Positions 55,401-64,000 of a stretch of 64,000 nucleotides of DNA are shown here, one piece after another. Each line of letters begins with the position of its first letter. Position 1 is the first letter of the stretch. The translations under genes were made by a program, and so were the position numbers. The notes beneath the pieces were generated by a model, which was given only the letters and a program-made list of their open reading frames with translations, had not been told where the DNA came from and made no database searches. This DNA is from Stegostoma tigrinum (lineage: Eukaryota): NCBI RefSeq assembly GCF_030684315.1, contig NC_081393.1, positions 9,621,565 through 9,685,564 of the forward strand. The letters are read 5' to 3'.

Positions 55401-55409
55401 AGTGCATGA

Positions 55410-56160
55410 CCTCCCCATCAGACACGCGCGCACGATGGGTTGTAACACCCCCACCCCCGCCCAACACTTGATCAATCAGCGTGAACATTGGGTTTAGACC
55501 GTTTTAACGGACTTCCTACATTCCATCCCCATATTATGGTAATAATATGCCTCCTATTGGTAACAGCTGGGAGAAAGGCGTGCATAAATCACCTACTTTA
55601 TCCAATCTGAAAATCGCAAACACTGATGCAGAAAGCAAAACTGTAGTAGGGACTTCTCCACGCCCCCGAGCTGTCAGTTACTGCTGCGGCCCTCCCGCAG
55701 AGGGAATCATTCATTAGAGTCAGGACTTTGCGGAATGGAGCTATTGATGTCAGAGCCGGTGAACGACTCCGAGGCCCCTCACCTCTGCATCACAATCGCC
55801 CTGGATTAAGGGCATTTTCTGTTTGTGCGAGGATCAATATCTCCCCCGTCTTCTGCAGGCAGATGAAGCTTGTTAGCCCGTGACCGATTCCTCGATGGTT
55901 TTCTGCTTGAAGGATGACAACACCCAGAGGAGGATAAATCTCCAAAAAAAACTTCACTGTTAACCGTCTCAGCGAAGTTTGTGGCACTGGCGATCTTTCT
56001 AAAAACAACTTTTAACCAAATCTGTGAAACTTAAATGGTGTGAGCGGGAAGCATAACGCTTTCTACTCTGGGATTTTTTTTCACTCAAGAAGGATTTGCA
56101 ATTGCCCATTTATAGCCCGATTTTTTTAAAAAAAGTGCTCATTCTGAACTAATACTTTAA
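55410..56160 (+). promoter_or_regulatory. EBF2: Probable EBF2 promoter / 5' UTR region
   Basis: CpG-retaining, repeat-free sequence directly upstream of the ATG, with GC-box-like CCCCGCCC and CCAAT/ATTGG words. TSS not determinable. Confidence 0.5.
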
Positions 56161-56291
56161 ATGTTTGGGATTCAGGACCATATACCGAGAGGGGCTGATA
56201 TCAAGGACAAATCGACTGGGAGTGGAATGGACGCTGTTCGATCTTGGGTCCGGACCGTGGGGGTGGTGGCCGCCAATGTCGCGGCACAGAG
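56161..56291 (+). CDS. EBF2: Transcription factor COE2/EBF2 coding exon 1 ([44 protein letters not shown])
   Basis: MFGIQ start and MD.VRSWVR.VGVV.ANVAAQS are diagnostic of EBF2 among COE paralogues. 131 nt; donor AG|gtacag. Confidence 0.93.
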
Positions 56292-58011
56292 GTACAGTAA
56301 ATAACGAGCTAAACTAAAACTACACGGCAGGTTGATTATGAATTCAAATATTCCTTGGTTTGGTTAACAACCGCACCACAATCCTGCCTCCCTCCTACAA
56401 CCTGCTCTCGCACTACTTAGAAACCCCTTAACTGTTCATGGGGAGCAAAATGAACGAAACGCAATTCCCTTTCAGTTTTCAACATTTTAAATTCAGACTA
56501 AAAATCACTGAAGGACCGATGTTGCAATTTAGTTTATGGTTGTTGTGGGACTTGGAAGGAAGGGGAGGGGGTGCTGGTGATGGCGGCGGTCGGCGGGAGA
56601 GGAGTGCCGAAAGGGGGTTCAGACGATTAATTTTATGAAACAAGGAAGCGGACAATTCCGTTTGTCCCTGCGGTACAACCGTCATCTCTAGTGGTAGTGA
56701 GATAGATATTTCATTGTACCACATGCTCAATGATGGGTTAAAAGGGGGAGAGGCGATCGCGTGCTCTTTAGTATTTACCGCACGGCTTTAAAAATATTAT
56801 AAGGGCAAAAGGTAAATTTGAAATTACTGGCTAGAATCTTCGGCCAAGGTTTGGTGAATATCCCGCCCAGGTATAACAGGATCTAAGGACTTCAAAGTAC
56901 GCTGACGATATTTTGAAAGAGTCACAATGAAACGGCCGGAATCGACAATCTCCAACACACTGTTTGATGCATGGAACAAATCATTATGTCCACACTCAGT
57001 CCAAAACAATTACCAGCGATTTGCAGCAACATTGCGTTGTCATTTTTGTAACAAAAAATAAGCAGAAGTCTTAGTACCTTCAGTAATATTTAAAAAAGCA
57101 GATCAAATGTTTTAAATCTACTGTCTGAGTTTATAATTTGAAGAGATTTGACACCCCACAATCTCTCCTTTTCTCGAACTCGTGCATTTGAAACGAAATT
57201 CACTTCTTGAAAAATCAAATACCTTTTCAATAAAACCCAACGACAACATGAGGTGGAGAATTTGGTCATCCGCACCCGCTCAGTGTACAGGATGGCACGG
57301 AATTATTTTCGCCACTCGGAAAACATTCTCTTAGAGACTCAATTCCCTTCAATCTTGTTACCGCGCAAGAATTACGGCCTGCTCCAAATTATGAGCAGAG
57401 GTTAAAAAAAAACTCTATCCATCTTCTTCTCATGTTTTCTGTGTTCAAATTGACTGTCAATCATAATCGAGGAGATTTTTCTGCCCTTAACATTTTAATA
57501 TTTAATGATGTTGCCTCTATATTTTTAGGTCAGAAACGTTCAATGTTTCTGGTTTCCGTTCACTTCCAGGGACACCTCTGTTGAATGCAAAAAACAATTC
57601 TTCATTGTATTTTTTTGCCAGCTATGTAAATTGGTCGCTATGTACTTACTGTTTTCCGGCCTGTTAGTCATTTCACATGAAAAGACTGTAACTGCACATG
57701 TGATAAACGTCAGTGCTGAATAACAGCGCGGATGTAAGTTTCTAAAGTACAAATACCTAAAGTGCCGGTGTGCGAAACACATTAAAATTTCAATTTTAAT
57801 GCAATCAATTGGAGAAACAGATTCTGACAAAGCGTGTTTCTCTGTGCGTTTATTTCTCTCTTTCATGTGGTTGCCAAATGAATAGGCGACAGACCTCCGA
57901 GTCCGCCGCGCGTCTAGTTTACCTCATTTGTATCCTTGTTACAGGGAACGGGGGGTTATCTTGTGTCATGAAGTTGGCAGCGGGACTGTACATGCGCACC
58001 TCAATAGGTAA

Positions 58012-58362
<351 letters not shown>

Positions 58363-59451
58363 TAAACAGCGGGCTATTTCACCGGCTGTCTAAATATTTT
58401 TGTGTATGTCCCTTACTAAACAAACCACCTGCACATTCCAGGTTTGAGCGCTCAACAACAAATTTCTTGAGCCCGAGTTAAATCAAAATACTTGCGTCCA
58501 ATAAATGGCTTTTCTTAAGTGTTAAATCTTTGAGAACATAGCCTTGTTGCCTCAAATACCAACTGTGGTCAAAAGAATGATGGAGCCGCTTGCCAAGGAG
58601 TGTTCAATGATAGAACGGAATCGAAGTTTAAAACCAGGAATTCACTCAGAGTTTCTGACTGTGCTCCACCACACCTTTGCTTCACAGGCTGCATTTTACA
58701 TGTTTTCGATCAGTTTTCAGATCACAGAATCTGATCATACCGTGGAGCGAGAATGCTAGGGCTGGGAATATAGCCGGTTCGGGGAGGCTCGGCTCCTAGG
58801 CGTTTTACACCACTCCAAATTGACTTTAATATGTTGGGCCCACGGCGAGAGTTGGCAGTGGACGTCCAGCTGGACATTTTTTTAACGCTAAAATCTTTTA
58901 CCTGAAGGCGTCAACCGAAAGCAAACAGGCAACGTGGGGTTTTGCGTCTTGAAACTGTGAAAGAATTTGTCACTTGTCAGAGAGCATAATCTACTGAAAT
59001 TGGGGCGGAAAAGAAGTTTTAATTTTCAACCTTGGGCATTAGGTGTGCATATATTGGGTTAAATGGGCCAAACTCTGTCCTGTGATTCACAATTGCAGAG
59101 TATTTTCACCAACTTTAGCGGATAACCGCCGCTGCTCATCCTGGTCAGTTTAGCGTCTGTTTAAAGCCCATTTAAAAGGATGACAATTTCCGATTAATAC
59201 CATCACTCACCAGCTTCGCCAGAATTTGAAATGCTTTATGTTGATTCCCAGGGTCCCGGCTTTTCCACGGAGGAGATGGTGATGGTCATGTGTTGTTGCA
59301 CTCAATGGTTTAGACTCAGTCGACTTTCGGTCTTTAATCTTGCAAGTGCTGCCCATTGATTATCCTTGCAACTGAGACAACGGTTTCCGTTCAAAACATG
59401 ACAGACCAAGGAGGGATGAATATCTAAGTAACGTTAAATCTATTTTTTCAG

Positions 59452-59515
59452 GAACCGGGAAACGATAAAACTAACAACGGGACACATTACAAGCTGCAGC
59501 TACTCTACAGCAATG
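59452..59515 (+). CDS. EBF2: EBF2 coding exon 3 ([22 protein letters not shown])
   Basis: ttttttcag|GAA...AATG|gtaagt, 64 nt. [15 protein letters not shown] is EBF2-type. Confidence 0.96.
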
Positions 59516-60087
59516 GTAAGTCAGCCCCGAAAATCATGCGATCGGCCAGCGCAATCTGTCCCTTTAAAATATCTGGGGTAACTGCTTGAATTTGCGCTGA
59601 ATTGCTTCCAACGCAATTCTGAGGGCGACCGGTAAAGAGCGAACTGAAGAAAATGAAACAATCCGGTTAAGCGCGGGCTGCAGCTCCCAGAAATTGCACA
59701 GCTTGTTAACATAAGTTATTTCAAAACATACAACTCAAATTATTTCTAACTCTGTCCAATCATTCAGTTGAATGTACATTTAGTGTCACTGCAGCGATTG
59801 GCCGAGCGAAATTTAAATTCGTTCAAAACCGACTTACTCGCACATAGTTAAAATCGATTCCAACTTTGCGTGGACAGGGAAGTTTTCGAAATGCTAACAA
59901 CCATTCGTCCATTAATAAAACAAATGGCGGGAGGTCCCCTTTGCTTCACGTGCACAGATTGAAAGAGATTACAATTTCCTTACAACACAGAGCGCCTGAG
60001 AAACGGACTGCAAAAAAAATCAGGGGCACTCGTCAATCTATCAGAATAACTCTTTCTTAGCACGGTATATTCAAAACTATATAACAT

Positions 60088-60771
60088 TGTGGCTTCCTCT
60101 ACATTGGGGAAACCAAGCGGAGGCTTGGGGACCGCTTTGCAGAATACCCACACTCGGTTCGCAATAAACAACTGCACCTCCCAGTCGCGAACCATTTTAA
60201 CTCGCCCTCCCATTCTTTAGAAGACATGTCCATCATGGGCCTCCTGCAGTGCCACAATGATGCCACCCGAAGGTTGCAGGAACAGCAACTCATATTCCGC
60301 TTGGGAACCCTGCAGCCCAATGGTATCAATGTGGACTTCACCAGCTTCAAAATCTCCCCTTCCCCCACTGCATCCCAAAACCAGCCCAGTTCTTCCCCTC
60401 CCCCCACTGCATCACAAAACCAGCCCAGCTCGTCCCTGCCTCCTTAACCTGTTCTTCCTCTCACCTATCCCCTCCTCCCACCTCAAGCTGCACCTCCATC
60501 TCCTACCTACTAACCTCATCCCCCCTCCTTGACCTGTCTGTCCTCCCCGGACTGACCTATCCCCTCCCTACCTCCCCACCTGTACTCTCCTCTCCACCTA
60601 TCTTCTTTTCTCTCCATCTTCGGTCCGCCTCCCCCTCTCTCCCTATTTATTCCAGAACCCTCTCCCCTATCCCCCTCTCTGATGAAGGGTCTAGGCCCGA
60701 AGCATCAGCCTTTGTGCTCCTGAGATGCTGCTTGGCCTGCTGTGTTCATCCAGCTCCACACTTTGCTATCT
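60088..60771 (+). mobile_element. Penelope-like retroelement, 5'-truncated: GIY-YIG endonuclease C-terminus plus 3' UTR / pseudo-LTR
   Basis: Frame 60088-60447 reads CGFLYIGETKRRLGDRFAEY...PVANHFNSPSH...RRLQEQQLIFRLGTLQPNGINVD, typical of PLE GIY-YIG. Followed by a C/T-rich UTR and a hammerhead-like core at 60679-60706. Confidence 0.88.
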
Positions 60772-61206
60772 GTGATAAATAACAATGCTTGTTTCAGCCA
60801 TCTTTTTTTTCCAACGAAGACTCTATCTCGTAAGTTAGACAAAGGACAGCCAGTGGACATGACCTATGTAGATTTCTAAAAGACCTTTCACAAGGTGCCA
60901 CAAAGACGGCTGTGAAATAAGATAAGAGCCTATGGTGATAAAAACCAAAAGAACCTATGATGCCCAGGGTAAGACACAGATATGGATGGAGGACTGGCTG
61001 ACTGGCAGAAGGCAGGCAGTTGGGATAAAGGGATCTTTTTTCAGGATAGCAGCCAGTGACCAATGGAATTCCTCAGGGGTCAGTGTTGGGATCACAATTT
61101 TCATATTAAAGATTTGGAGAGGGAACTGAGGGCATTGTTGCTAAACCTGCAGATAGGTGGAGGAATAGGGAGTACTGAGTGTGCAGGAGGGTATGGAAAG
61201 ATTTGG

Positions 61207-61377
61207 TTCAGAGATAGTAGGAACTGCCGATGCTGGAGAATCTGAGATAACAAGGTGTAGAGCTGGATGAACACAGCAGGGCCACGCAGCATCAGAAGAG
61301 CAGGAAACGTCAGCCTTCCTGCTCCTCTGAAGCTGCTTGGCCTCCTGTGTTCATCCAGCTCTACGCCTTTGTATCTC
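61207..61377. mobile_element. Fold-back PLE-derived short element inserted in a CR1 LINE
   Basis: Inverted arms meet at GGAAACGTC. TSD T(A/G)TGGAAAGA(T/C)TTGG at 61192-61206 and 61378-61392. Confidence 0.85.
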
Positions 61378-62096
61378 TGTGGAAAGACTTGGACAGGCTA
61401 GGAGAGTAAGTAAAATAGTGGGAGAGGGAATACATGTGGGAAAGTGTGAGGTCATGTGAGAAGAATACAGGCAAAGACTATTTTCTAAATGGGAAAAGGC
61501 TTTGCAAATCTGAAGCACGAAGGGGCTTGGGAGTCCTCATTCAGGATTGTCTGAAAGTTAACATGCAAGTTCAATTGGCAGTTAGAAGGCAAATGCGGTG
61601 TTGGCATTCATTTTGAGAGAGCCAGAATACAACGCCAGGGATGTACTGCTGAAGCTGTATAAGGCTCAGAACAGACTGCATTTTGAATATTGAGAGCACT
61701 TTTGGGACCGGTCTCTAAGAAAGGATGTGCTGGCCCCAGGAAGGAGCCCAGAGGAGGTTCACAAGAATGATCTCAAAAATGTAGAGGAGTTTGTTGTGTT
61801 AGGAATGTTTGAGGACTAGTTCTGTACTTGATGAGTTTAGAAGGATGGTGGGGAGGGGATGGAAGGCCTGGATAGAGTGCACATGGAGAAGATGTTGCCA
61901 CTAATGGGAAAGACTGAGATGCCTCAGTGTGACAGGATAATCCTTTTGAACTGAGATAAGGAGGAATTTCTTCAGCCAGAAGGTGGTAACTCTGTAGAAT
62001 TCATTGCTGCAGTTGGCTGTGGGATACAGACAGGTAGGTTCTTGGTTAATAAAGAAATCAAAGGATACTGAGAGAAAGCAGAATGGGGTTGAGAAA

Positions 62097-62778
62097 GAGA
62101 GATAATGGGAACTGCAGATGCTGGAGAATTCCAAGTTAATAAAATGTGAGGCTGGATGAACACAGCAGGCCAAGCAGCATCTCAGGAGCACAAAGGCTGA
62201 TGCTTTGGGCCTAGACCCTTCATCAGAGAGGGGGATAGGGGAGAGGGTTCTGGAATAAATAGGGAGAGAGGGGGAGGCGGACCGAAGGTGGAGAGAAAAG
62301 AAGATAGGTGGAGAGGAGAGTACAGGTGGGGAGGTAGGGAGGGGATAGGTCAGTCCGGGGAGGACAGACAGGTCAAGGAGGGGGGATGAGGTTAGTAGGT
62401 AGGAGATGGAGGTGCAGCTTGAGGTGGGAGGAGGGGATAGGTGAGAGGAAGAACAGGTTAAGGAGGCAGGGACGAGCTGGGCTGGTTTTGTGATGCAGTG
62501 GGGGGAGGGGAAGAACTGGGCTGGTTTTGGGATGCAGTGGGGGAAGGGGAGATTTTGAAGCTGGTGAAGTCCACATTGATACCATTGGGCTGCAGGGTTC
62601 CCAAGCGGAATATGAGTTGCTGTTCCTGCAACCTTCGGGTGGCATCATTGTGCCACATTGTGGCACCTCTCCCCTATCCCCCTCTCTGATGAAGGGTCTA
62701 GGCCCGAAGCATCAGCCTTTGTGCTCCTGAGATGCTGCTTGGCCTGCTGTGTTCATCCAGCCTCACATTTTATTATCT
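62097..62778 (-). mobile_element. Penelope-like retroelement with inverted terminal segment and perfect 13-bp TSD
   Basis: 62097-62652 is the minus-strand 3' end including the tail; 62667-62778 is an inverted copy of the terminal repeat. Flanked by TGGGGTTGAGAAA at 62084-62096 and 62779-62791. Inserted in a CR1 3' end. Confidence 0.9.
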
Positions 62779-62944
62779 TGGGGTTGAGAAACCATGGTCG
62801 AAGGGGTGAACAGACTTGATGGGCTGAATGGCCTGATTCTGCTCCAATATCTTATGGTCTTATGGTGTCATTTTAAATTAGTTCATCCGTTTGAAAAATC
62901 ATTTTTTTCTCAATTATTAGCTTGAGGTCTTGCATTAGAAACTG

Positions 62945-63210
62945 CACGGCATAGGAAATGCACAATCTGGTAATTTCGTCTCTAAGAGGGCAGTGTATCT
63001 ATGGAATTCTTCATTATTAGAGGGCTGTGGAGGCTGGATTATTAAGGACAGTGAAGCCCAAATTTTAGACAAACTTTGAACCAGTCAGGAAATCAAGAGT
63101 AAAAAGGTGAAAATCAAGGCCGAGAGAGTTACAAAGTGGAGTTGAGGATTATCGGATCAACCGTAATCTCATTGACTCGATGGGGTGAACGGCCTACTTC
63201 TGGTCCTCCA
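62945..63210 (+). mobile_element. CR1-type LINE 3' fragment
   Basis: Degenerate ...TATGGAATTCT...AGAGGGCTGTGGAGGCT...GGGTGAACGGCCTACTTCTG tail. Confidence 0.6.
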
Positions 63211-63492
63211 GCCACTGACTACAGCGGGCAGCATCATTGAACAAACGAGTAACACAAGGAGTGGTGATTTTATGGAGCTCTGGCTCACGCAAACATTGAT
63301 CATGGTCGTGGAAAAGAAAATGGCGGTTAAACCACTGGCGGTTTCTCGAGATAAGGTTGAACTCTCTGCGATTATCCGCTACAATGAACACATAGGAGTG
63401 ATAACACTGCAACCTGTTTTCTGGCTTGTTAATTGTAAATGCATTAAGAAAAGCATAAGTTTTCTTGTTGCTGACTTGTTGCTTTTGCACAG

Positions 63493-63548
63493 GTATGCGG
63501 ACTGAACAAGACCTGTACGTACGACTCATCGATTCAGTGACCAAGCAG
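63493..63548 (+). CDS. EBF2: EBF2 coding exon 4 (G-MRTEQDLYVRLIDSVTKQ)
   Basis: ttttgcacag|GT...CAG|gtacag, 56 nt. LIDSVTKQ is EBF2-type. The gene continues beyond the window. Confidence 0.96.
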
Positions 63549-63660
63549 GTACAGAAATTGTTTGCCCTTTCCCCAATATCATCAATGACAAACAGCATTG
63601 CAGAAAACCCGCCAAATTCTTCCGAGATCACTGTTCTGAAAGCAACTTGAATGAAGGTGA

Positions 63661-63721
63661 TCAGAGATAATGGGAACTGCAGATGCTCGAGAATCCAAGA
63701 TAATAAAGTGTGGAGCTGGAT
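63661..63721 (-). mobile_element. Extremely truncated PLE 3' tail insertion
   Basis: Tail plus ~25 nt of arm. TSD AATGAA(G/A)GTGA at 63650-63660 and 63722-63732. Confidence 0.75.
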
Positions 63722-63909
63722 AATGAAAGTGACATGGAAGGTCAGCGGTGTAAGGCCGTGTCTAACCATTTGTCATGATTAAGGTAACGATTATCACAGC
63801 ATTATGCAGATCTCATGAATCACACGTGTGCAGCAGAAGTTCTTACCCATTGAGTGTTGTCATGCAAAGCCAGAACATCAAGCTTAGCCCTGTACTCAAA
63901 TCAGGCGAA

Positions 63910-64000
63910 AGATGGCAGACACTGGAAATCTGAGATAATCAGAGAATGCTGGAGAAACTCGGCAGGTCTGGCTGCGTCGGTGAAAGGAGTAACAGAGTTC
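63910..64000 (-). mobile_element. Second PLE-type terminal fragment (cut by window end)
   Basis: TGCTGGAGAAACTCGGCAGGTCTGGC...AACAGAGTT is the reverse complement of the 30150-30206 motif. Confidence 0.55.

Larger units (their letters stand above)
60810..62870 (+). mobile_element. CR1-type LINE 3' part, carrying two PLE insertions
   Basis: PVD.TY.DF..TFHKVP, WMEDWLTGRRQ.V and RRNFFSQ.VV motifs. The tail resumes after 62779. Confidence 0.82.

Noticed and set aside
59243-59256. Possible EBF autoregulatory site (ATTCCCAGGG)
   Set aside because: Does not fit the TCCCNNGGGA spacing; too weak to call.
60081-60787. 9-bp TSD (ATAACA(T/A)TG) around the 60088 PLE copy
   Set aside because: Short, AT-rich, one mismatch and offset from the element end; could be chance.
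63194-63769. Longest ORF in the track (191 aa, minus strand)
   Set aside because: It runs antisense across EBF2 exon 4 and through a PLE tail insertion, with no recognisable domain; most likely a chance ORF.

Overview
Vertebrate genomic DNA, almost certainly an elasmobranch (shark), judged by HE1/V-SINE-type SINEs and abundant CR1-type and Penelope-like retroelements. Three spliced protein-coding genes are readable. (1) PPP2R2A on the minus strand: CpG-island promoter, 7-nt first coding exon and exon 2; the rest appears to lie left of the window. (2) A complete 120-aa TMEM230 gene on the minus strand in three short coding exons that the ORF track misses entirely. (3) EBF2 on the plus strand, coding exons 1-4, in a ~11 kb repeat-poor, CpG-retaining domain. 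The most striking non-genic signal is a family of at least nine Penelope-like element (PLE) derivatives. They carry a minimal hammerhead-ribozyme-like core (CTGATGA-A-stem II-GAAACGTC). Many are ~140-220 bp fold-back palindromes whose apex falls at the core, with a one-sided ~30 nt tail and 11-18 bp target-site duplications. Two near-identical ~500 bp copies face each other as an inverted repeat inside EBF2 intron 3. Almost all ORFs in the supplied track are chance ORFs or decayed retroelement fragments. Gene and repeat names come from my recall of known sequences; no database search was run.
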